A stretch of 64,000 bases of DNA from a bacterium (GTDB lineage: Bacteria; Patescibacteriota; Saccharimonadia; CAILAD01; GCA-016700035): positions 65,665 through 129,664 of the forward strand of contig JADZGC010000004.1 of the NCBI GenBank assembly GCA_020854115.1. Direction: 5' to 3'. The position numbers and the translations under genes were made by a program. Positions 38,718 through 48,583 of the stretch are shown here, piece by piece (position 1 is the stretch's first letter; every line of letters starts with the position of its first letter). The notes beneath the pieces were generated by a model that worked only from the letters and a program-made list of their open reading frames with translations, did not search any database and had not been told where the DNA came from.

Positions 38718-40508
38718 ATGAAAGAACATACAGACGACACATCGACTGACTCAAAGACTGAGGTACTCATTCCCCAGACTATTACTGTAGGTGAATTCGC
38801 TAAGCGGCTTGAGATGGGCCCAGCAAGACTGATTGGGGTATTGATGAAAAACGGTGTGATGGCAACGATCAATGAATCAATTGATTTTGGCACAGCTTCA
38901 ATTATCGCAGACGAACTTGGTTTTCAACTCAAGCTTGAAGAAGTTGTTGATCTCAGGCCAAGTGATGAGATGGAGATAGAAGAGGAGCTCACGGATCTCC
39001 AGGACCGTCCGCCTGTGGTAGCAGTGATGGGGCATGTTGACCATGGAAAGACCAGCCTTCTTGACTCAATTCGAAATGCAGAGGTTGTAGCATCTGAGTC
39101 TGGTGGGATTACGCAGCACATCGGCGCCTATCAGGTTGAGCGCAACAAGCGCATGGGGACGTTTCTCGATACGCCAGGGCATGAGGCATTTAGTGTGATT
39201 CGGGCACATGGTGTGCGTGTGACTGATGTGGTAGTTATAGTTGTGGCAGCTGATGATGGTGTGAAGCCACAGACCAAAGAGGCAGTGCGACTTGCCCAAG
39301 AAGCTGATGCTGGTCTCGTGGTGGCAATAAATAAGGTCGACAAGCTAGACGCTGACGTCAACAAGACCAAACAACAGCTGAGTGAAATTGGTCTCGTACC
39401 AGACGATTGGGGTGGCGATGTGCCATGCGTCGAGGTCTCAGCAAAGACAGGTAACGGCATAGATACATTACTAGACATGGTATTGCTTGTGGCAGACCTC
39501 AAGAAGCCTCAAGCGCACTTTGTGGGCTCACCGCGGGGTGTAATTATTGAAAGCCACATGGAGACTGGCAAGGGAGCCGTCGTAACACTCTTAGTGCAAG
39601 AGGGGCGACTCAAGACTGGAAGTGTGATAGTGGCAGGATCGACGTATGCGAAGGTCCGAGCTCTGGAGAATGAAAAAGGCCAACGAATGAAGGCGGCAAC
39701 TCCGGGTATGCCGGTGGTGGTGACTGGCTTTAAGGGTGTACCTGCGTATGGAGATTGGTTTGAGGGGGTGGCCTCTGAGAAGGTCGCCAAAGATTGGTTG
39801 GCAGCAAAGAGTAGAGAGACGAGTATCAAGAGCCTTGTGCGCAATAAGGTAGTTTCTGCAAATGATATTGAACGGGCAGTAAATCGCGGACAGGTCAAAA
39901 CGGTGGCAGTTATTCTCAAAGCGGACACTCAGGGATCAGTTGAGTCAATTCTTCAAGCCCTTGAGGGAATCGGGAATGACGAGGTGGCTATCAATATCGT
40001 TTTCTCGGGGATAGGCGATATATCCGAGAACGATATTAATACCGCGAATGCAACCGGTGCAGTAGTACTTGGCTTCCATGTGTCGATTCAGTCTGCAGTG
40101 AACCAATTAGCAAAGCGAACAGGCGTTACATATAAGTTATATCAGATTATCTATGAGCTTCTCGATGATGCGCGCGAATGGCTCACAAGCCTACTTGAGC
40201 CTGAAACCATTACAACGGAGCTTGGTACGCTGGAGCTGTTGGCGATATTTAAGACAGCAAAAGATACGGTTATCTGCGGAGGCAAGGTACTCAGTGGGTC
40301 GGTAGAGCCTGGCGTTGAAATCGAAGTGGTACGTGAAGGCGAAGTGGTCGGCAGTACAGAGCTTATGGAGCTCAAAAAAGGTTCTGATGTGGTTCAGGCC
40401 GCGCTTGTGGAAGAAGAATGCGGCATGCTTGTCAAACGTACCATGACCTTCGCGGTAGGGGATATTTTTCGCTTCATTAAGCACGAGCAGGTGGCTCGTA
40501 CCCTATAA
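38718..40508 (+). CDS. infB: Translation initiation factor IF-2 (short form, 596 aa)
   Basis: VMGHVDHGKTSLLD, DTPGHEAF, NKVDK G-domain motifs. Confidence 0.95.
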   Translation: MKEHTDDTSTDSKTEVLIPQTITVGEFAKRLEMGPARLIGVLMKNGVMATINESIDFGTASIIADELGFQLKLEEVVDLRPSDEMEIEEELTDLQDRPPVVAVMGHVDHGKTSLLDSIRNAEVVASESGGITQHIGAYQVERNKRMGTFLDTPGHEAFSVIRAHGVRVTDVVVIVVAADDGVKPQTKEAVRLAQEADAGLVVAINKVDKLDADVNKTKQQLSEIGLVPDDWGGDVPCVEVSAKTGNGIDTLLDMVLLVADLKKPQAHFVGSPRGVIIESHMETGKGAVVTLLVQEGRLKTGSVIVAGSTYAKVRALENEKGQRMKAATPGMPVVVTGFKGVPAYGDWFEGVASEKVAKDWLAAKSRETSIKSLVRNKVVSANDIERAVNRGQVKTVAVILKADTQGSVESILQALEGIGNDEVAINIVFSGIGDISENDINTANATGAVVLGFHVSIQSAVNQLAKRTGVTYKLYQIIYELLDDAREWLTSLLEPETITTELGTLELLAIFKTAKDTVICGGKVLSGSVEPGVEIEVVREGEVVGSTELMELKKGSDVVQAALVEEECGMLVKRTMTFAVGDIFRFIKHEQVARTL

Positions 40509-40823
40509 GTGATGTCGCGACGGTCTGATCGGGTAGCAGAACAGATACAGCGTTATGCAGCGCAGGCCTTGGCTGAGTTGAACTTGAGTCGAGAGGTATT
40601 ATTGACTGTTACACGGGCTCGAGTATCTCCTGATATGAAGCAAGCCACTGTTTGGGTCGCTGGGTGGCGGCAGCTTACGCCGGGTCAACAAGAGCGAGCG
40701 ACGCACGAAGTCGCACGATTATTGGCGCGGAACCTAACGAGCAAATTTACACCGCGTGTAACTATCGAGGCAGATGATGCGGGTGAGTATGCATCGAAGA
40801 TCGCTCATTTGTTATCGGGCTGA
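40509..40823 (+). CDS. rbfA: Ribosome-binding factor A
   Basis: RSDRVAEQIQRYAAQAL...LLTVTRARVSPDMKQATVWV. Confidence 0.9.
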   Translation: MMSRRSDRVAEQIQRYAAQALAELNLSREVLLTVTRARVSPDMKQATVWVAGWRQLTPGQQERATHEVARLLARNLTSKFTPRVTIEADDAGEYASKIAHLLSG

Positions 40824-40851
40824 GAATTGACCCGATAACTCGGCTTGCAGT

Positions 40852-41226
40852 ATGATGAAATATATGAAAAGCGTATTGCTTGTCGAAGACAATGACTTCA
40901 TCCGCAAGATGTATTTGCTGAAGCTAGGCAAAGCTCAGGACTTTGAAGTCCTAGAAGCTGCGGACGGACTTTCTGCACTACAGGTGCTTGAACAGAAAAA
41001 GCCCGATCTTATGTTGCTCGACATCATGATGCCAAACATGAGTGGGCTCGAAGTGCTTGAAGAGATGAAGAAGAAAAATATTGCAGTGTCAGTGATTATA
41101 TTGAGTAATGTGATGAGTACCGAAACACGTGAGACGGCTCAAAAATACGGCGTGAAGGACTACATCATCAAGAGTGATCTGACCCCGAGCCAGGTATTAG
41201 AAAAGATTCAATCAGCTTTGGGGTAG
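40852..41226 (+). CDS. Stand-alone response-regulator receiver domain (CheY-like)
   Basis: LLVEDNDFIRKM...DLMLLDIMMPNMSGLEVL; 124 aa. Confidence 0.8.
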   Translation: MMKYMKSVLLVEDNDFIRKMYLLKLGKAQDFEVLEAADGLSALQVLEQKKPDLMLLDIMMPNMSGLEVLEEMKKKNIAVSVIILSNVMSTETRETAQKYGVKDYIIKSDLTPSQVLEKIQSALG

Positions 41227-42171
41227 CTTGGGTACGCGTAGGCCGTTAAGTGCTTGTTTGGCGTCTAATATCTTGCGTCCAGGCAGCTGGACTTGATCAG
41301 CTGCGAGTGTGCCATCTTTTGTGATGAGTATAAGTTGTTTATTGTGTATATATACTCCTGGCTCTGCTGCTACATTATCTATCTGATGGGCATTGTGAAT
41401 GCGTAGACGGTCTAGCTTTTCTGGCAGGACCACACTTACTCCTGGCCAGCCAGCGTAGGCACGGATCATCCGCTCGAGTTCGGTCGCCGATACATCAGAT
41501 AGAGAGACTTGCCCAGCCGTTTTATTAATAAGTTTGCAAAACGTCACTCCCTCGTCGGGCTGTTCTTGCGGTACCAGGTATCCGGCTAGGTATTTGTGCA
41601 GTGTGGGGAGGAGGAGTTCTTTGCTGGCAGAGATGAGTTTTTGTGTCAATTCTTGCTTCGAGGTCATAGGGGACACTGAAAACGATACTTGACTCAATAT
41701 TGGTCCAGCATCCATTTGCTCGGTAATTTTCATGATCGTAGTGCCTACCTCGGTGTCGCCTGCAAGGATGGCTGCCTCGATTGGTGAAGGGCCTCGGTAT
41801 TTCGGTAGGAGTGAGGGGTGAATATTGATGATACCTTTCGAGAAGAGGGCGAGAAGATCAGGCTTGAGGATCTGACCGTAAGCGAAGAGTAATCCAGCTT
41901 CGGCCTCGAGAGGACGGAGTTCCTCAATGCAGTCACTCGTTCTGACCGGCCGAAAAAGGGGCACCTTATATTCTTTTGCGACTCGAGCGACTGGCGTATC
42001 GGTTTGATGGGCATGCGCGCCTTCTCGACTGGGCTGCGTGACAATACCAACGATATTGAGAAATGTACCGTTCTCCAGTACGTAGCTCAGAATATCAGCG
42101 CTTAACCCAGAGCTTCCAAAGAAGATTATCTTATGAGTGGTTGTGGTCATGGGCTGCCTCACGAATGACAT
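41212..42171 (-). CDS. fmt: Methionyl-tRNA formyltransferase (possible later start MTTTTHK at ~42150)
   Basis: IIFFGSSGLSADIL, HPSLLPKYRGPSPIE; overlaps def 3' end. Confidence 0.9.
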   Translation of the reverse strand: MSFVRQPMTTTTHKIIFFGSSGLSADILSYVLENGTFLNIVGIVTQPSREGAHAHQTDTPVARVAKEYKVPLFRPVRTSDCIEELRPLEAEAGLLFAYGQILKPDLLALFSKGIINIHPSLLPKYRGPSPIEAAILAGDTEVGTTIMKITEQMDAGPILSQVSFSVSPMTSKQELTQKLISASKELLLPTLHKYLAGYLVPQEQPDEGVTFCKLINKTAGQVSLSDVSATELERMIRAYAGWPGVSVVLPEKLDRLRIHNAHQIDNVAAEPGVYIHNKQLILITKDGTLAADQVQLPGRKILDAKQALNGLRVPKLPQS

Positions 42172-42703
42172 CCGGAAGTGATTTGACAGGGTGTAGCTTA
42201 TCGTCGTCGCCTAGCTCGAGCACATCATCTGCGGACTTGATTATATCGATAAATAATTTACCGTGCATGTGGTCAACCTCGTGCTGGAATACGCGCGCAG
42301 CAAAGCCTTCGAGTGTCATACGGATGGGCTGTCCATCGAGGGTCTCGGCTTTTACCTTGATCTTGCGTGCGCGGGGTATGCGAGCATAGATGCCCGGAAC
42401 GGATAGGCAGCCTTCAATATCAATAACCCGGTCAGAGCTTTTCTGCACAATCTCGGGGTTTACGAAAGTCAAGAATGTCTTATCTTCCGCATCGTCAAAA
42501 TTATTGCGTACTACGGTGAGTTTCATGGGCTGTCCAATCTGAATGGCTGCCAAGGCAGCACCAAACTCACTACCGTGATCCCAGTCGAGCGTGGTCTCAA
42601 TCATGTCTTCAGCAAGCTGCTTGATTGCATCATCGACGAGCCCGATGCGCTTGGACTTCATGCGCAATACTTCAGATGGAATGGTGACGAGTGTGCGAAT
42701 CAT
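42131..42703 (-). CDS. def: Peptide deformylase
   Basis: GAALAAIQIG, EGCLSVPG, HEVDHMHG motifs. Confidence 0.9.
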   Translation of the reverse strand: MIRTLVTIPSEVLRMKSKRIGLVDDAIKQLAEDMIETTLDWDHGSEFGAALAAIQIGQPMKLTVVRNNFDDAEDKTFLTFVNPEIVQKSSDRVIDIEGCLSVPGIYARIPRARKIKVKAETLDGQPIRMTLEGFAARVFQHEVDHMHGKLFIDIIKSADDVLELGDDDKLHPVKSLPDVIREAAHDHNHS

Positions 42704-42715
42704 TCAATCATTACA

Positions 42716-44665
42716 TCAGATAATAATGATCGGATCAAGATCAGCCTGCCATCCCGACGGAGGGGAGTCAGCTATGTCAGTCAAGGTCTTGCGTTGGGTT
42801 GATCGTACAATGAGTTGTCGTGTGTGATAGATGCCATCTTTGTGGTGGAGGGGCGTAGCTGGGCCGAGTACTTCTATATTTGGGTATTTCTGCGCCAGTA
42901 GATCTGAAAACTCGCTGGCGGCTCGCTCTGCATTTCGAGCATTTGAGCGTCGGACCCAGAGTCGTAGAAGCCAGCGATACGGTGGGTAGTGGAAGGTATG
43001 CCGATGGATCAGCTCTTGGGTGGCAAATCCATTCCAGTCATGGGCTTGGATTGCCTGTAGAATTGGTTGCTGAGGGTTATGTGTTTGGAGGATGACCCGA
43101 CCTGGTATATTGCCTCGACCGGCGCGCCCAGAGGCCTGAATGATAAGGCTGGCGGCTCGCTCTGAGGCGCTAAAATCTGTTCCATGGAGCAGGCTATCAG
43201 TATCAATAATGGCAACGAGGCTTACATGTGGAAAATCGAGCCCTTTTGCGATCATTTGTGTGCCAATGAGGATATTGATTTCCCGACGTTGCATCCTCTC
43301 AAGCAAACTAGGCAGGCTATCGCGATCAATACTGTCGCGGTCCAGCCTCTCAATATGTGCATTGGGGAATAGCTGCTGGAGGGTGGTTTCGAGCTGCTTG
43401 GTGCCAATACCGGAATAGCGAAGATCATCTTGGTTGCAGGAAGGACAGCGAGATGGGGGCCACAGCTCACGATTACAGAGATGACACTTCAGTCTGCCGA
43501 GGTCGGCGTGGAGGATCATAGTGGTGTCGCAGTGGTCACAGCGCACGGCTTGGCCACAACTGTCACAACTCAGACGGCGTGCAGTGCCTCGTTTATTATG
43601 GAGAATAAGGGCTTGCTGCTGGTGCTCGAGAGTTTGTTCGATAGCATGATGTAGCTGATCGGATAGTACACCGTGCTTATTATGGTGCTCGACGAGCATA
43701 ATTTCTGGGAGCTTTGCTCCACCATGTCGCGTAGGGAGGGAGAGGCGTGCGATGCGTCCGCGATGTACCAGTTCGAGCGTCGTCAGCGAGGGGGTGGCCG
43801 ATCCGAGGACGAGCCGGGCACCAGTCAGCTGCGCTAGGCGACCGGCTACTGTCACTGCGTGGTAGCGCGGGCTTTGATCTTGCTTGTAGCTTGTGTCGTG
43901 TTCTTCATCAATAATGATGAGTCCCAAATTATGGATTGGCAAGAAAAGTGCCGAACGAGCTCCCAGGTACACTTGAGGGGTCGTATTACTTAGGGCCTTG
44001 AGCCAGACTGCCCGGCGCTGGGTTGCTGTGAGTCCAGAGTGTGTCACGAGTAATGAAGCTCCAAGGCTCTCTTCTAGTCGCCGTTGGAGGTGTGTTGATA
44101 GGACTATTTCTGGCGCCAGGATAAGTACTGATTGGCCACGCTCCAGGGTAGACTGAATCAGATCTTCATAGATGCGTGTTTTGCCCGAGCCAGTAATACC
44201 TTGGATGAGTACGGCTTTTTGTGAAGGGAGTTTCTGTATTGCTTTAATGACTTGCTCTTGTTCGATGGAGAGTGGTGGCAGGTGTGCCGGTGCCTGGGCG
44301 ACCGAATCTTGAAGTAGTCCTTTACGCGGCTTGGCCTGGAGTCCAGATGGCAAGATCGTGTGCCAGATTGCCCGGGGATGAGCCGCGTAGTACTCACCAA
44401 GCCATTCTGCGAGCTTGAGGTAGTGCTTTGGGGGTTGCGGTAAGTCAAGGACGCGCGAAACTGGCTTGAGCTTCTCTAGTGCAATGTCGCTTGAAGTTCG
44501 AGTGGCGATGACGATACCGGTAGTTTGCGTTTTCCCGAACGGCACTACCACCCATTGGCCAGACTGAAGTACTTTATCGTGCACATAGTCGAAAACTTTA
44601 GCTGGTCGTCTAGGGTAGTTTGTGACGAGGACAGATACAATGATTGATGGAACTGTTCGTTTCAT
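42716..44665 (-). CDS. priA: Primosomal protein N' (PriA helicase)
   Basis: Walker A GITGSGKT, DExH IIIDEEHD, Cys-rich zinc-binding insert CDSCGQAVRCDHCD...CHLCN...CPSCN. Confidence 0.9.
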   Translation of the reverse strand: MKRTVPSIIVSVLVTNYPRRPAKVFDYVHDKVLQSGQWVVVPFGKTQTTGIVIATRTSSDIALEKLKPVSRVLDLPQPPKHYLKLAEWLGEYYAAHPRAIWHTILPSGLQAKPRKGLLQDSVAQAPAHLPPLSIEQEQVIKAIQKLPSQKAVLIQGITGSGKTRIYEDLIQSTLERGQSVLILAPEIVLSTHLQRRLEESLGASLLVTHSGLTATQRRAVWLKALSNTTPQVYLGARSALFLPIHNLGLIIIDEEHDTSYKQDQSPRYHAVTVAGRLAQLTGARLVLGSATPSLTTLELVHRGRIARLSLPTRHGGAKLPEIMLVEHHNKHGVLSDQLHHAIEQTLEHQQQALILHNKRGTARRLSCDSCGQAVRCDHCDTTMILHADLGRLKCHLCNRELWPPSRCPSCNQDDLRYSGIGTKQLETTLQQLFPNAHIERLDRDSIDRDSLPSLLERMQRREINILIGTQMIAKGLDFPHVSLVAIIDTDSLLHGTDFSASERAASLIIQASGRAGRGNIPGRVILQTHNPQQPILQAIQAHDWNGFATQELIHRHTFHYPPYRWLLRLWVRRSNARNAERAASEFSDLLAQKYPNIEVLGPATPLHHKDGIYHTRQLIVRSTQRKTLTDIADSPPSGWQADLDPIIII

Positions 44666-44750
44666 ATTCGTTCCTAGTGTATCAGGTCTGCATAGAAAAC
44701 ACCCAGCTTTGACTCATCAGGGTAGATAAGATATGATCTGTGCTTAGAGT

Positions 44751-46082
44751 ATGCAACCAAAGCAACTGAGGCGACGATTAGTAATAATAGTGTTACTCGC
44801 GGCTATCGCGATAGCTTTGGTGTTACCGCGTGAAGACCGTATTTTACGAGCGATTGGCATAAAAAACCTGACACCAAAAGTAAAACTCGGTCTGGACTTA
44901 CAGGGAGGTACAAGCTTAACGTACGAAGCAGATCTCAACGACACCCCAACAGAAGAACGATCGAAGGCGATGGAGGGGGTACTCAATGTGATTACGAAGC
45001 GAGTGAACCCAACTGGCACGAGTGAGGCGGTCATTCAGCAGTCGGGCCAAAATAGAATCGTAGTGCAGCTACCAGGAGTAACTGATGCTCAGGCTGCAGC
45101 TGACCAGATAGGTCGCACGGCTCAACTGTCGTTTTATTCACTGTCGGGTGATGAGCAGCCAGTACCCGAACAGACTGATCTGACAGGTAAGGATCTCGAG
45201 CAGGCCACGGCCGATATTGATCCACAGACTGCTACGCCTATTATTCGATTCAATATGAAGTCAGGTGATGCTACGAAGAAATTCTCTGAGCTTACCACCA
45301 AGATTAATCAAAGTGGTGGCCGCTTGGTGATCGTTCTTGATAATGAAGTACTGTTTAATGGTACTGTTTCGACACCAATTACTGACGGTGTGGGTCAGAT
45401 GACCGGCTTTGAGGACGTCCAGACCGCTAAAGAGACCGCAGTCTTACTGAACGCGGGCGCTTTGCCGGTGCCAGTAGCGCTTTCGAGCCAGCAGACCATT
45501 GGGGCGACCCTTGGGTCGGAATCAATTGCTCGCTCTATGATAGCGGGTGTGATTGGGATTGTGGCAGTGATGCTCTTCATGATCTTTAGCTATCGCTGGG
45601 CGGGTGTGATTGCAAGTGCGGCTCTGACATTATATGCACTCTTCAATATTGTCATATTTAAGCTGGCGAGCATTACGCCGTGGCCGATAGTTTTGACGCT
45701 CGCTGGTATCGCTGGCTTTGTGCTCTCGGTTGGTATGGCGGTGGATGCAAATATTTTGATATTTGAACGCATGAAAGAAGAGATGCGATCTGGTAAGACA
45801 GTGCATACGGCGATGATTACGGGCTTTAAGCGCGCGTGGAGCTCCATACGTGACTCTAATATTTCAACACTACTCACTTGCCTTATCCTCTATACATTTG
45901 GTGCGCCGATTATTAAAGGCTTTGCCGTGACTCTCGCGCTTGGAGTCATGATCTCAATGGTGACCGCAATTACGATCTCTCGCACATTCTTGCAGTTATT
46001 TGCCGATACTAAGTTTGGCTCGAATCCGAAGCGTTATAGTAATATCCCAGTGGAGCATACTGGGAAGGAGGCGGTCTCATGA
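44751..46082 (+). CDS. secD: Protein translocase subunit SecD
   Basis: LGLDLQGGTSLTYEAD; C-terminal SecD/F TM bundle. Confidence 0.9.
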   Translation: MQPKQLRRRLVIIVLLAAIAIALVLPREDRILRAIGIKNLTPKVKLGLDLQGGTSLTYEADLNDTPTEERSKAMEGVLNVITKRVNPTGTSEAVIQQSGQNRIVVQLPGVTDAQAAADQIGRTAQLSFYSLSGDEQPVPEQTDLTGKDLEQATADIDPQTATPIIRFNMKSGDATKKFSELTTKINQSGGRLVIVLDNEVLFNGTVSTPITDGVGQMTGFEDVQTAKETAVLLNAGALPVPVALSSQQTIGATLGSESIARSMIAGVIGIVAVMLFMIFSYRWAGVIASAALTLYALFNIVIFKLASITPWPIVLTLAGIAGFVLSVGMAVDANILIFERMKEEMRSGKTVHTAMITGFKRAWSSIRDSNISTLLTCLILYTFGAPIIKGFAVTLALGVMISMVTAITISRTFLQLFADTKFGSNPKRYSNIPVEHTGKEAVS

Positions 46083-46990
46083 ATGTGATTGGACGCCGAC
46101 GCCTATGGTTTGCAATTTCATTATTAGTGATTATTCCCGGCACGATCTCATTGTTTATTTGGGGGCTACGACCAGGTATTGACTTTGCTGGTGGTCAGTC
46201 AATGGAGATTGCTGGTACACAGGATCAACAATTCGTACGTGATACATTGGCCAGCGTGGGCGCTCGCGACATTGTCATCACTACTACTGGTACCGATAAA
46301 CTGTTGGCACGCTATCGAGACGAAGAGGGTAAGGACTCTACAGTGACTAGTAATGAAATCAAGACTAAATTAGCCACGCAGAATGCTCAGCCGACCAATT
46401 TTGAATCGATTGGCCCAGCTGTCAGTCGAGATATCACTCGCAATGCCTTTGTATCCGTCGGGCTGGCTTCCCTGGCTATCGTATTCTTTATTGCGTTTGC
46501 GTTTCGCAATACACCGCCTCCTGTGAGCCCATGGAGCTTTGGTGTCACAGCCGTGATTGCACTTTTGCATGACACATTGGTGATAGTTGGTATTTTCTCA
46601 CTGCTTGGGCGGTTTGCGAACGTCGAAATAGATTCACTCTTCGTCACTGCGGTACTGACAGCGATCGGTTTCTCGGTTCACGATACGATCGTGGTGTATG
46701 ATCGTATCCGCGAGAATTTGAAGCGCTCAAGTGAGTCATTTGAAGTGGTTGTAAATGACAGTATTGTCGAGACCATGGCTCGATCCTTAGGTACAAGTTT
46801 GACGGTGATCTTTACACTTCTCGCTTTATTGATATTTGGTGGTGAGACGATTCGTCTGTTCATATTCGCTCTCTTGGTTGGCATTATGTCTGGTACGTAT
46901 TCTTCTATCTTTAATGCAGCTCCTATGCTGGTAGTGTGGCACAACTTCAAGTTTAAGCGTCGTGCTGCGAAGAAGCTCAAGAAGACTTAG
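46079..46990 (+). CDS. secF: Protein translocase subunit SecF
   Basis: Overlaps secD by ATGA; SecF TM pattern (GIDFAGGQS...). Confidence 0.9.
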   Translation: MNVIGRRRLWFAISLLVIIPGTISLFIWGLRPGIDFAGGQSMEIAGTQDQQFVRDTLASVGARDIVITTTGTDKLLARYRDEEGKDSTVTSNEIKTKLATQNAQPTNFESIGPAVSRDITRNAFVSVGLASLAIVFFIAFAFRNTPPPVSPWSFGVTAVIALLHDTLVIVGIFSLLGRFANVEIDSLFVTAVLTAIGFSVHDTIVVYDRIRENLKRSSESFEVVVNDSIVETMARSLGTSLTVIFTLLALLIFGGETIRLFIFALLVGIMSGTYSSIFNAAPMLVVWHNFKFKRRAAKKLKKT

Positions 46991-47991
46991 TCTGAAGTAT
47001 TGTTCTTGACTACGTAGACCCCATTCTTGGTGTCTGGGTCGGTCTTATTTTCGAGTACGCATGACAATGTGAAGCTGCTTCCGTCGGAGGTGTAGCCATA
47101 TTGAATAATACTACCCTCTTTTGATGCCGGGTCGTTGGGGATCTTGACGATATATGGTGGGGATGTCTGAGTAAGTGGTTCGAGCACGGCGATATTCGAC
47201 CCAGTGGGGTATACGCCGGCGTTTTTCTTGTAGGACTCTATACTGATCGAAAGTGAATTTAAATCAGCCTTACGCTGTTTGTCGCGCTGCTGTTGGGCAA
47301 GATTACTTGGTGTTGCAGATGGAGAGATACTAGATTTGACTTGAGCCGTGGGTACAGGTGCTTTCGAGAGTAGCCAGGCTGTAATCATACCTCCGAGAAC
47401 GATTACTACACTCAAGGAAATCAGGATTATGTTCTTGTTCTGACGGGAAGTCTGGCTTTCTGTGCTAGCAGCTTTGAGGAGTTCTTCAGCGCGTTCTGTG
47501 GCAGTTGTGTGGTGTGTATGGGGATGTGGCGCGATAGGTTCATGCGCGCGTGACTCTTTTAGGGCATCGCGGAGCAACTTTTGCTCCGTCTCCGTTAAGG
47601 ATGGTACTGTGTCGGTATTTGTGCTGACTGTGTTTTGGGTGGGTTGCGTTGACGCGGTACTTTCTAGCCTGGGCTGTTGATTGGGGGCTTTGAGCTCAAG
47701 TTCTTCCATTTGAGCGAGTCGTTCGCGCAGTCTCTTACGATATTGACTTGATGCATGGTGATTGATGATCGTCGCTTGCGTAGATTGCATATGCCGATGT
47801 GCTTCATGAGGGCTATTGCGATCTTCGGAGTATTCTTGAAACTGATCATTTATCTGAATAGTATCGTCCCCCGAAGGCGTTGTAGTACGTGTTTGGCTAT
47901 GCGGAGGTGTACGCTTCCCGCAGGTTGGACAAGCGTATCCTATATCTGTTGTAACTATTGCTGATCCGCAGGCAGGGCATGAGTGTAACAT
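46987..47991 (-). CDS. Zinc-ribbon / low-complexity / single-TM / C-terminal type-IV-pilin-like domain protein (non-canonical, no prepilin leader)
   Basis: N-terminal CPACG...CPTCG; TM IILISLSVVIVLGGMITAWLL; C-terminal RKADLNSLSISIESYKKNAGVYP...IPNDP...YGYTSDGSSFTLSCVLEN resembles pilin/pseudopilin globular domain. Confidence 0.5.
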   Translation of the reverse strand: MLHSCPACGSAIVTTDIGYACPTCGKRTPPHSQTRTTTPSGDDTIQINDQFQEYSEDRNSPHEAHRHMQSTQATIINHHASSQYRKRLRERLAQMEELELKAPNQQPRLESTASTQPTQNTVSTNTDTVPSLTETEQKLLRDALKESRAHEPIAPHPHTHHTTATERAEELLKAASTESQTSRQNKNIILISLSVVIVLGGMITAWLLSKAPVPTAQVKSSISPSATPSNLAQQQRDKQRKADLNSLSISIESYKKNAGVYPTGSNIAVLEPLTQTSPPYIVKIPNDPASKEGSIIQYGYTSDGSSFTLSCVLENKTDPDTKNGVYVVKNNTSD

Positions 47992-48124
47992 AGCTTAACT
48001 ATTATTGTAGCGTACTCTGAGCACGAAAACTATTGTAAATAATACTGTTGTGATATATGCTATAGTTACTTTTTTAGCAATACATCAAACAATCAGAAAA
48101 AATCAACAGTGGCAGTAAACAAAG

Positions 48125-48406
48125 ATGCTCCAACATTTTATAACATCAAAAACACGTCGAAAAATCATCACTGTATTCTCGAAATACCCGGATTATCGCG
48201 TTCACGTTCGTGGGCTTGCTAAGTTGATACGCGAAGATCCGGGTAATGTTGCGCGCGAGCTGGAACGCTTAGCGCGTATTAAGTATGTACATACAGCCAA
48301 ACAAGCAAATACCAAGCTTTTTTGGGTGAATCAAAATTTCTTACTTTATAAAGAGTTACAGGCTATGGTACTCAAGACAACAAGAAAAACAAAGAAAGAT
48401 ATATGA
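48125..48406 (+). CDS. Small putative winged-helix DNA-binding protein
   Basis: 93 aa; RRKIITVFSKYPDYRVHVRGLAKLIREDPGNVARELERL HTH-like. Confidence 0.4.
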   Translation: MLQHFITSKTRRKIITVFSKYPDYRVHVRGLAKLIREDPGNVARELERLARIKYVHTAKQANTKLFWVNQNFLLYKELQAMVLKTTRKTKKDI

Positions 48407-48583
48407 AAAGATTGATTACAAAAATAGTTCAAGATATCCGAAGAGTTGACCGTCAGTTCGCACGTGAGCGCATGCGCACCCCGCAGATTTCACGACGCAT
48501 ATATCAAAGTCAAACTCCACTCGGTTTTCGATCTAGGGCCACACACTCGTATTTTGTTCGCTAGTCGATCATAATAAGAGTTC

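Noticed and set aside
48407-48583. Palindromic gcgcatgcgc / gtgagcgcatgcgcac in the recJ upstream region as a defence-system or operator signature
   Set aside because: It is a single short GC palindrome with no associated genes, so the evidence is insufficient.
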